The position numbers and the translations under genes were made by a program. Shown here piece after piece: positions 41,761 through 49,518 of a stretch of DNA of 64,000 bases. Position 1 is the first letter of the stretch. The number at the start of each line of letters is the position of its first letter. Under the pieces are notes generated by a model. It ran no database searches. It was not told the DNA's origin and saw nothing but the letters and a program-made list of their open reading frames with translations. This DNA is from Candidatus Eiseniibacteriota bacterium (GTDB lineage Bacteria > Eisenbacteria > RBG-16-71-46): NCBI GenBank assembly GCA_963717935.1, contig CAVQXP010000004.1, forward strand, positions 1,504,001 to 1,568,000, written 5' to 3'.

Positions 41761-44091
41761 TCAGAACTTCAGCTGCTGGATCGGGCGCGAGACGTGGAAC
41801 GTCACGCTCCTGTCCGCGCCCGCAGCTCCGACGAGCCCGACCGTGAGGACTCCCTGCTCCACGCGGTAGCCGAAAGGAAGGCTCTCCAGCGCCACGCGCA
41901 GCTCGTATTCGCCGGTGGGCAGCGGTCCGAAGCGGAAGTTCCCCGTTTCGTCGGTGTAGGTGAAGCTCCCCCCGTCGATCAGGATCTCCGCGCCGGAGAC
42001 CCCCGAACCGTCCCGATCGTCCACCACCCGCCCCTGGATCCATCCCACGTTCCGCGTGAGCGGGAGCGCCAGTTCGAGGAGATCGTCCTGCACGACCTCG
42101 ATCTCGAGCGGCCCGATCCCGTCGATCGAGAACTGGGTCGGGACGGAGGCCGGCAGGATCCGGATGACGTGCTTCCCGGCGTGCACGAGGGCGTGGAAGA
42201 CGCCGTCGGCGTCGGTCACGAGCGGCTGGCTGGCGTTCCCGTCCACCGAGACCTCGACCCCGGCGATCCCCGGCTCGCCCTGCTGCCAGCGCCCGTCCCC
42301 GTCGCCGTCCTCGAACACGCGGCCTCTCAGGATGAGGCGCTCCGGCACCGTGGGATCCAGGTGCGGGACGGCGGTCCTACTGGTGCGGCCGGTGGAGTGG
42401 GCCACGCTGAACGTCACGGTGTGGAGGAGCCCCGTCGACGAGTTGCTGAGCCCGTAGCGCGCGACCAGGAAGAGGCGCGGGTTCGGCTGCATGACGGCCT
42501 CGACCCTGCCGATGGTCTGCGTCAGGCGCGGCAGGCCCGGACTCGTCCCGTCGCGCGTCACGCCGAACTGACCGGAGAGCGTCACCAGCGGCCGGGGAAG
42601 CCTCAGCCCCGTGAAGTCCACGAACGACTCCACGCGCGCACCGTAGGGCTCCTGCCAGGCGATCCGATGCTGGAGCGAGAGTGTCCCGGAGGACCCCACG
42701 CGCAGGCCGAGGCTCCCGGAGAGGTAGTCCCGGGCACTGCGACCGCGGTGATCGATCCGGCTCCACTCGAGCGTGGAGTTCCGGCCGGGCCCCAGCTGCT
42801 GCGAGACCGACGCCGTGCTCGTCGCCACCCACTCGCAGAACAGATCCCCTTCGCGGTGCCTGAGCTCGTGGGACGCCGAGAGGCCGGTCCCCGCGCCCGC
42901 GGTCCGCCACGCGAGCCTGCCTCCGACCTGGTTCCCGTGGGCCCGGTACTCGGTCAGGCCCCCCTCCATTCGTCCACGGTCCACGAGCACCGGATTCGTC
43001 CAGCGGCCCGCCCAGCCCGTGAGCGCGACCCGCCGGGGAGCGCGCCAGGTGAGGTTCATGTCCTCCGTCAGGCCCGGGACCGGCTGCAGGGCGCCCAGGT
43101 AGCCGAGCGCGCGTGGCTTCCCCCGGGTGGCCTGAAGATGCGCGCCCATGCTCAGTCCGCGCAGTTCGCTCTGTGCGCTCACCTCTCCCGCGAGCCCTTG
43201 CACGGTGCCGCCGGTGGAGGAGAAGGCCCGCGTCGCGAAGACGTCTCCCAGGAGGTCCACACGCCTGTCCTTCACCACGGGCACGCCGAAGGAGAGGCCC
43301 GCGCCCTGCGCGCTCCGGAACCTGTCCGAGACGCCTGCGGTGGAGGGGCCGCTGCCGGTCAGGCCATAGAGGAGACCCTGCAGGCGTGGGCCCCGCGGCC
43401 GCTCCACGCGCCAGAACCCGGCGCCGAAGCGCCGTGCGAAGGCGCCGTTCTCGAACGCGGTGTAGCTCACGGGCAGGTTGCCGGCGAGCCCGCCGGCGCG
43501 CCAGGCGAGCGACCTGCCGTCGCCCCCGCGATGCCGTTCGATCAGGAGGCCGCGGGCGCTGGTGCCGTTGGCGCCGGGGGACCCCGCGGGCAACAGGGCG
43601 TCACCGGCGTCCGCCTGCCAGCCCCTCTTCGATGTGAACCCGAGCCGCCGCCGCAGGAGGTAGCTGCGCCCGTCGTAGCTCATCAGCTCGCTCTGCAGCT
43701 CGAGCCTCCCCCCGGGGAGACAGTCGAGGAGATCCAGCCGGAAACGCTCCCGGCTGGTCGCAGTCCCTTCGCGCGGGTTGCTCCCCTCCTGGGAGAATTC
43801 CCCGTTGACCTGGTCCCAGGGCAGCGACTGTTCCCAGGGCCTCTGCCCGGGATCGGCGAGGGAGCGCTGCGCGGACGGGGACAGGGTCTCGCTGTCCTTC
43901 CGCGCGGCGACGAGTGGCCTGGCCAGCGGGAACTCGGCCCGGGGGACGCGTCGCAGCTCGAAGGACGACGGGGCGGCAGGCCGGATGGCGTCGGAGGCCG
44001 TGGTGTCGGCGGGACCCGCCCCGGCGACCGAGCAGGCCGCCAGGAACACGAGCGGCATCACGCTCCCTGCGACCCGGCTGGCTCCTGGCAT
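41761..44091 (-). CDS. Putative non-canonical usher-like outer-membrane protein with C-terminal SdrD-B/carboxypeptidase-regulatory-like domains
   Basis: Signal or lipobox-like N-terminus (LAAC); amphipathic beta-strand-like middle; GRVFEDGDGDGRWQQGEPGIAGVEV...TDADG.F and second GRVVDD...TDETGNFRF..LP.GEY domains; ends in F; last gene of the operon. Confidence 0.6.
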   Translation of the reverse strand: MPGASRVAGSVMPLVFLAACSVAGAGPADTTASDAIRPAAPSSFELRRVPRAEFPLARPLVAARKDSETLSPSAQRSLADPGQRPWEQSLPWDQVNGEFSQEGSNPREGTATSRERFRLDLLDCLPGGRLELQSELMSYDGRSYLLRRRLGFTSKRGWQADAGDALLPAGSPGANGTSARGLLIERHRGGDGRSLAWRAGGLAGNLPVSYTAFENGAFARRFGAGFWRVERPRGPRLQGLLYGLTGSGPSTAGVSDRFRSAQGAGLSFGVPVVKDRRVDLLGDVFATRAFSSTGGTVQGLAGEVSAQSELRGLSMGAHLQATRGKPRALGYLGALQPVPGLTEDMNLTWRAPRRVALTGWAGRWTNPVLVDRGRMEGGLTEYRAHGNQVGGRLAWRTAGAGTGLSASHELRHREGDLFCEWVATSTASVSQQLGPGRNSTLEWSRIDHRGRSARDYLSGSLGLRVGSSGTLSLQHRIAWQEPYGARVESFVDFTGLRLPRPLVTLSGQFGVTRDGTSPGLPRLTQTIGRVEAVMQPNPRLFLVARYGLSNSSTGLLHTVTFSVAHSTGRTSRTAVPHLDPTVPERLILRGRVFEDGDGDGRWQQGEPGIAGVEVSVDGNASQPLVTDADGVFHALVHAGKHVIRILPASVPTQFSIDGIGPLEIEVVQDDLLELALPLTRNVGWIQGRVVDDRDGSGVSGAEILIDGGSFTYTDETGNFRFGPLPTGEYELRVALESLPFGYRVEQGVLTVGLVGAAGADRSVTFHVSRPIQQLKF

Positions 44092-44112
44092 GGTCACGTC
44101 CGCCCGCTCCGG

Positions 44113-44958
44113 CTACCGCGCTGCCTTCGTACGAGACGCCCCGGCCTCGGCCGGGACCGCCACGTCGAACTCCTTGATGCCCTGGAGCAGCGACTCCTCG
44201 CCGCTGTCCACCGTGAGCAGCAGCCGATAGGGACCGGCGCCGGTCGGATGCCACGGACAGCGGTACACGGTCTCGCTCCCGGGCAGGCAGACGCGATAGG
44301 GCAGCTCCTGCTGGAACAGGACCGTCCCGGTCGAATCCGTCACCTGGAACCAGCCCGTGGGGTAGAAGTAGACGTTCCCGCGGTTGGCGACCTGCGCCAC
44401 GAGGTCCAGCGTGTCGCGGTAAGCGCCCGGCTGGACGGCCATCTCCGTGATCGTGCCCGCGCGCGATTCCGTGCCCGCGGCGGTGAGGTAGACCGTGGTC
44501 CCCATGCGCACGCGCGTCCCGAGTCCCAGCTTCGCGCGGCGCATCTCCGCCTGCCCTTCGAAGAAGATGATGGTCCAGTAGGACCCGCGCGCGGTGTCGG
44601 GCAGTGTCGCCGTCACGCGCACGACCCGCGTCCCGTGGGGGGGGATGGTGAAGTCCGGCAGGTCCGTGCGGGCCCAGGCCGACGCGGAGCGTGGCTGCGA
44701 CCCCCGCGGCAGGAGATCCACGCCGCCGTCGGGGGTCGTGGCCCAGTCCTCCACGGTCGTCACGACGCGCACCGGCTCGTCGCCGTTGTTGTAGACCTCC
44801 ACGGCCTCGGTCCGGGATTCGCCCGGCGCCAGCGTGAGCCGGAGCTTCATGGGCGCGACCGCCATGGCGAGGTTGCCCCAGGCGGGTGTCGTGGCGAGGA
44901 GCAGGAGCCCCATGATGGCGAGAGCGAGGCCAGCGGTCCTCCAGTTCGAGGTTCTCAT
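44113..44958 (-). CDS. Periplasmic pilus-assembly chaperone-like protein (PapD-N/DUF916-like)
   Basis: Signal peptide; V.P.KL.L...PGE....V.V.NNGDEP; FTIPP.G...VRV; GSYW.IIFFE; second domain N.GN. Confidence 0.7.
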   Translation of the reverse strand: MRTSNWRTAGLALAIMGLLLLATTPAWGNLAMAVAPMKLRLTLAPGESRTEAVEVYNNGDEPVRVVTTVEDWATTPDGGVDLLPRGSQPRSASAWARTDLPDFTIPPHGTRVVRVTATLPDTARGSYWTIIFFEGQAEMRRAKLGLGTRVRMGTTVYLTAAGTESRAGTITEMAVQPGAYRDTLDLVAQVANRGNVYFYPTGWFQVTDSTGTVLFQQELPYRVCLPGSETVYRCPWHPTGAGPYRLLLTVDSGEESLLQGIKEFDVAVPAEAGASRTKAAR

Positions 44959-45488
44959 TGTTCCACCACCGTGTAGATGAGGGTGTTGGTGTAGTTCGTG
45001 GGGCCGGCTGATCCGGCGTCGGAGTAGTCCCACAGGTTGATGATCTTGATATTGGTGTCCACCTGACGGCTCACGCCGTTCCCGCCCCCCGCCCACAGGG
45101 CCTGGTTCGAGGAGGTGATGGGCGTGTATGTGGCGATGAGGCTCCCCACCGTCGGGCAGCGGATCAGGAGGTGGGACATGTCGATGGACGGGCTCCCGGC
45201 GCTGCAGCTGACGAAGAGGATGAGCCCCGCCCTGGCCGGCGTGTTGACCCGCACGCAGATCCCGCCCGTCGGGGCCAGCGATTCCACGAAGCCCGCTTCG
45301 TAGTCGTTCTGCGTGGGAGTGAGCGAGAGGCTGTTCGTGAGGACCTGGATGCTCGTCGCGGCGCGCGCGACCGGAGTCAGCGGCAGGACGAGGAACAGGA
45401 CCGGGAGCGCGCAGACGAGCACGCGCCGGCTTGACGCCCGCCGGTCGGCGGGCGTCGGGGGCCTGGCGGTCACTCCGGTTACTTCCAT
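44955..45488 (-). CDS. Secreted pilin-like subunit 2 (paralog of 45705-46241); start uncertain (45488/45512/45608)
   Basis: Signal peptide ending VARA; shares LTP.Q..Y..G.V, GSP.I...LL, QALW/QDLW, NLW.YSD, YTNTL.YTVV.Q with subunit 1. Confidence 0.68.
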   Translation of the reverse strand: MEVTGVTARPPTPADRRASSRRVLVCALPVLFLVLPLTPVARAATSIQVLTNSLSLTPTQNDYEAGFVESLAPTGGICVRVNTPARAGLILFVSCSAGSPSIDMSHLLIRCPTVGSLIATYTPITSSNQALWAGGGNGVSRQVDTNIKIINLWDYSDAGSAGPTNYTNTLIYTVVEQ

Positions 45489-45660
45489 CGCGGCTTTCTC
45501 ACGGACTTCCATTTCCGGTGGTGAGGGGGCACCGCCGCGCTCCAGGATTCGAGCCCCATCCCGACCCTCGGCGGTCGGAATGGCCTGGAGAGGGGTTCGG
45601 ACTTCCATCCGTCAGGCCCGCTCGTCCGGCCTGGAGGGTCGGCGATCGAGACAGGCGGAC

Positions 45661-45685
45661 CGGGGGCGCCCCGAGGGCGCCCTCG
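45661..45685 (-). terminator. Stem-loop downstream of the major pilin-like gene
   Basis: GGGCGCCC-cga-GGGCGCCC inverted repeat 20 nt after the stop codon; no clear U-tract. Confidence 0.45.
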
Positions 45686-45704
45686 TTGTCCGGGTCATCT
45701 CCGA

Positions 45705-46241
45705 CTACTGGACCACGACCGTGTAGGTCAGCGTGTTGGTGTACGCCGTCGTTCCGGCGCCGTCCGGATCCGAGTAAGCCCAAAGGTTCTGCACCCGGAT
45801 GTCGGTCTGGATCGTGGTGTAAGCGGGCGATGTCGTGGTCGTGGACCAGAGGTCCTGGTCGGTGGCGGTGATCGCGGTGAAGCTGCTCTGCGTCGTGCCC
45901 GATCCGCCGGCGGCCGTCTGCGTCTTGAAGAGCAGGTCGGCCAGCGCGATCTCCGGCGAGCCGTCGGCGCACTTCACCTTCGTGATCGCGCCGGTGGAGC
46001 TGTTGGTCCGGATCCGGACGTCGATGCCGGCAGCACCCAGCGCGTCGACGTATCCGAGGTCGTAGTTGGTCTGGTTGGGCGTGAGCGTGATGCTGGGGTC
46101 CAGCACTTCGATCTGGACGGTGGCGCCAGCCTGGAGGATGACGTCAGAGGTGCCCGACGTGGCCGCGAACGCCGGGCTGCTGGCCCCCAGGGCCAGGACG
46201 GCGACCGGCACAAGGAACGCGAGAATCCTGGAACGCTGCAT
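45705..46241 (-). CDS. Secreted major pilin-like subunit
   Basis: GGGAGG RBS; Sec signal ending AFA; Thr/Ala/Gly-rich ~150-aa mature domain; terminal beta-strand YTNTLTYTVVVQ resembling fimbrial/WxL C-termini; first gene of the operon. Confidence 0.72.
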   Translation of the reverse strand: MQRSRILAFLVPVAVLALGASSPAFAATSGTSDVILQAGATVQIEVLDPSITLTPNQTNYDLGYVDALGAAGIDVRIRTNSSTGAITKVKCADGSPEIALADLLFKTQTAAGGSGTTQSSFTAITATDQDLWSTTTTSPAYTTIQTDIRVQNLWAYSDPDGAGTTAYTNTLTYTVVVQ

Positions 46242-46316
46242 ATCCAACCCTCCCAAGGCTTATCCCTGCCACGATTCGCATGAGCGGTGCGGTGCAAGAT
46301 GTCGGCAGTAAATCTC

Positions 46317-46346
46317 GTATCGGCTGGGCTCGGTTGGCGGCTTGAG
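46317..46346 (-). promoter_or_regulatory. Putative sigma28-like promoter of the pilus operon
   Basis: CTCAAG-N16-GCCGATAC on the minus strand. Confidence 0.5.
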
Positions 46347-46451
46347 GGAAAACTTTCCGGATGGCGGGGGAAGAGGGGGGGCCGGATTGGCGCGGCCGGT
46401 CCGGGGTAAGTCCCGGCGGCGAGGCCAGATGAGGGTGCTCGCCGGGCCCCG

Positions 46452-46521
46452 GCCGGTCCTTGCCGACCGGCGCCCAGGACGTGGGCGGGGCCGGGGAGCG
46501 TCGTCTCGGCCCCCCGGCCCC
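46452..46521. repeat. Right copy of diverged direct repeat flanking the pilus cassette
   Basis: See 41690-41745; includes hairpin CGGGGCCGGGG...CCCCGGCCCCG. Confidence 0.85.
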
Positions 46522-46538
46522 GCAGGTTCCCTGTCGCG

Positions 46539-47963
46539 CTACTTCTTCCGGGCTCCGAGCAGGGCCTGGTCGAGGTCCGCGATGACGTCGTCCGGATGCT
46601 CGGCCCCGACGCAGAGACGGATCAGGTTCGGCGGGATGCCGGCGAGCTTCCGACCTTCCTCGCCCTGCTGTTGATGGGTCGAGATCGCGGGGATCGTGGC
46701 GACGCTCTTGATCCTCCCCAGGTCGGTCGCGCGCCAGATCCGCTCCAGGCCGTCGAAGACCTTCCGCGCCGTCCCGGCTCCGCCCTTCACGCAGAACGAC
46801 ATCAGGTGCCCGTAGCGGTTGACGGGCTTCCCGTAGAGGTCGTCGTGCTCGGCGTCCACCAGCCACAGGTACCGGCTGGCCAGCTCGTGCAGCGGGTGGT
46901 TCGGCAGGCCGAGATACTCGACGCGCTCGACCATCGGGTGGCGCTCGAGCCACTCCGACACCTTCATCGTGCTGCGGCTCATCAGGTCGATCTTCGAGCG
47001 CAGCGTGCGCATGTCGTTGAGCGTCATGACCGCCTGCAGGGGGTGCAGGTTCGGGCCGTAGTCCCGGTTCGGCAGGTACTTGATGTAGAGCGCGAAATCG
47101 TCCCGCAACGCGTCGATCGGGATGTTCGTCACGAGCCCCTTGCGCGCGATGACGGCGCCGCAGATCCCGAATCCGCTCGAGGACAGGGTCTTGGAGGCGG
47201 ACTGCACGACGATGTCCGCACCGTGGCGGATCGGGCGGAGCAGGGCCGGCGTGGCGACCGTGCTGTCGACGATCAGCGGCAGCCCGTGCGAGTGGGCGAG
47301 GTCCGCCACGGCCTGGATGTCGAAGAAGCCCTGCTGCGGGTTGCTCGGCAGTTCGCCGTAGAGGAAGCGCGTGTTCTTGTCGATCTTCGATGCCCACTCG
47401 TCCAGGCTGGTCGGGTCCTGGATCCAGCGGCACTCGATGTCGCGCTCCTGCTGCAGGCGGACATTGAACTGCTGGAAGGTGCCACCGTAACACTGCGCGG
47501 TGGCGAGGAAGTTGCGGGGCTCGTAGACGTCGTGCCGGGTGTGCATGAGGAACGGCTGGACGGCCGTCATGATCGCCGCCATCCCCGAGGAGGTCGAGCA
47601 GCAGGAGGTCTCCCCGTCGAACCCGTAGCCCTCGAGCAGGGCCAGCACCCACTCGTAGTAGTAGGTGGAGGGGTTCGCGATCCTCGAATAGCACCAGGTC
47701 GGGATCAGGTAGGCCAGCGCCGCCGCCATCTCGTCGGAATCGCGGTAGGCCTGCGAGGTCGACATGAAGATCGGCTCGATGATCGAGCCCTGGTAGTCCT
47801 CGATCGCGTCCTGGACCGAGTAGAGGCCGTGGACCGCGATCGTGTCGAACCTCCATTTCTTCACGACGTCGCGGATGTACCCGGCGCGCCGGGCGAGATA
47901 CTCGTTGTTCCGGTCGATGTAGCGCTGCATCCCCGGTGTGATCTCGACATCTCGGTCGGCCAT
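46539..47963 (-). CDS. Cys/Met metabolism PLP-dependent enzyme (homoserine-ester sulfhydrylase/cystathionine gamma-synthase family)
   Basis: EPIFMSTS, YSRIANP, SSGMAAI, YGGT, E.PSNP, VDSTVATP, QSASKTL (PLP lysine), LIRLCVGAE...D...DL.QAL. Confidence 0.88.
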   Translation of the reverse strand: MADRDVEITPGMQRYIDRNNEYLARRAGYIRDVVKKWRFDTIAVHGLYSVQDAIEDYQGSIIEPIFMSTSQAYRDSDEMAAALAYLIPTWCYSRIANPSTYYYEWVLALLEGYGFDGETSCCSTSSGMAAIMTAVQPFLMHTRHDVYEPRNFLATAQCYGGTFQQFNVRLQQERDIECRWIQDPTSLDEWASKIDKNTRFLYGELPSNPQQGFFDIQAVADLAHSHGLPLIVDSTVATPALLRPIRHGADIVVQSASKTLSSSGFGICGAVIARKGLVTNIPIDALRDDFALYIKYLPNRDYGPNLHPLQAVMTLNDMRTLRSKIDLMSRSTMKVSEWLERHPMVERVEYLGLPNHPLHELASRYLWLVDAEHDDLYGKPVNRYGHLMSFCVKGGAGTARKVFDGLERIWRATDLGRIKSVATIPAISTHQQQGEEGRKLAGIPPNLIRLCVGAEHPDDVIADLDQALLGARKK

Positions 47964-48088
47964 GGAGCACCTCCGGCGAGGATTCTTGGAGTGGACGCGA
48001 GAGCGTGTAAGATACCGCAGCTGGTCAGGCGCGACGAAGCGATTCCCCGACCGGCGTGACGGGGCCCGCCCCGGGGAGAGCGGCAGAG

Positions 48089-49465
48089 ATGACCAGCGAA
48101 CCGATCCGCTTCACCAGTACCAACCGGAGCGTTCCACCGACCGACCTGCGCGGTGCGCTGTTGCAGGGACAGGCGGCCGACCGGGGCCTGTTCATGCCCG
48201 TGACGGTCCCGCCCCTGAGCCCGGACGACCTCGCGTCGCTGGTCGGGAAGTCCTATGCGGAGATCGCGTGGTCCGTCCTGCGGCGTTTCACGGCCGGGAT
48301 GCTCGACGATGCGAAGCTGCGGGCCCTGTGCGCGGACGCCTACGACTACGACGTCCCGCTCGAGCGGGTCGAGGGGCGCCGCTGGCTGATGCGCCTCGAC
48401 CAGGGGCCGACCGCCTCGTTCAAGGACTTCGCGGCCCGGATGATGGCTCGCTGGATGGGGGCCTTCCTGGCGGAGGACCGTGACGAGCTGGTCATCCTGA
48501 CCGCCACCTCGGGCGACACGGGCAGCGCGGTGGCCCACGCCTACCATGGGGTGGACCGCGTCCAGAGCGTCGTGCTGTTCCCGGTGGCGGAGGTCTCCGG
48601 CCGGCAGCGCCGGCAGATGACGACCCTGGGCGGCAACGTCACGGCCTTCGCCGTGGACGGCAAGTTCGACGACTGCCAGGCGATGGTCAAGCGCGCCTTC
48701 GCGGATCCCGACCTGGCCGGCCTGCGGCTGAGCAGCGCCAACTCGATCAACGTCGGGCGGCTGCTCCCGCAGTCCGTCTACTACGTCTACGCCTACGTCC
48801 GGCTCGCCGACGTGGGGGCCCGCGAGCCGATCGTCTTCTCGGTCCCCTCGGGGAACTTCGGCGACCTGATGGGCGCGGTGCTCGCGACCCGCATGGGCCT
48901 GCCCATCTCGCGGGTCGTCATCGCGACGAACGCGAACGACGAGGTCCCCTGCTTCTTCGCCACCGGCCGCTACGAGAAGATCGTCCCGTCCCGCGTGTGC
49001 ATCTCGAACGCCATGAACGTCGGGCACCCTTCGAACCTCGCCCGCCTGGTGGACGCCTACGGCGGCTGGATGGACGAGACCGGCGCGTTCCGCGAGCCGC
49101 CCGACCTGGCCCGGCTCCGGCGCGACTTCTACGCCGTGAGCATCTCCGACGACGAGACCCGCGCGACGATCCGCGACGCCTGGCGGCGGCACGCGACCCT
49201 GCTGGAACCGCACGGGGCGGTCGGCTGGGCGGGATTGCAGCGCTTCCTGGCGGAGCCCGGCGCGCCGGCCGATCCTCTGGCCGTCTCGATCGAGACCGCG
49301 CACCCGGCCAAGTTCCCCGAGGAGATCCAGGCGCTGCTCGGGCTCGACCCCGTCCTGCCGCCGAGCCTGGCGGGGATCGAGTCGAAGCCCGAGCAGTACG
49401 GACACCTGACCACCGAATACTCGCCGTTCCGGGATTTCCTGAAGGAGCGATTCCTCAGGGCCTGA
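48089..49465 (+). CDS. thrC: Threonine synthase
   Basis: G.A.DRGLFMP, GPTASFKDF, ATSGDTGSA, SSANSIN.GRL, VPSGNFG, SNAM.VG.PSN, EPH.AV, TAHPAKF. Confidence 0.95.
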   Translation: MTSEPIRFTSTNRSVPPTDLRGALLQGQAADRGLFMPVTVPPLSPDDLASLVGKSYAEIAWSVLRRFTAGMLDDAKLRALCADAYDYDVPLERVEGRRWLMRLDQGPTASFKDFAARMMARWMGAFLAEDRDELVILTATSGDTGSAVAHAYHGVDRVQSVVLFPVAEVSGRQRRQMTTLGGNVTAFAVDGKFDDCQAMVKRAFADPDLAGLRLSSANSINVGRLLPQSVYYVYAYVRLADVGAREPIVFSVPSGNFGDLMGAVLATRMGLPISRVVIATNANDEVPCFFATGRYEKIVPSRVCISNAMNVGHPSNLARLVDAYGGWMDETGAFREPPDLARLRRDFYAVSISDDETRATIRDAWRRHATLLEPHGAVGWAGLQRFLAEPGAPADPLAVSIETAHPAKFPEEIQALLGLDPVLPPSLAGIESKPEQYGHLTTEYSPFRDFLKERFLRA

Positions 49466-49518
49466 GGCGGGAGACACCGGGCGCGGCCGCGCCGCCTGCC
49501 CATCGCGAAGGAGCATGC

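Noticed and set aside
46242..46450. c-di-GMP riboswitch upstream of the pilin
   Set aside because: GEMM-type conserved elements were not recognisable by eye; an Infernal search would settle it
47964..48088. SAM riboswitch, T-box or Thr leader peptide between the PLP enzyme and thrC
   Set aside because: Only 125 nt, with no terminator, consensus motif or Thr/Met-rich mini-ORF seen
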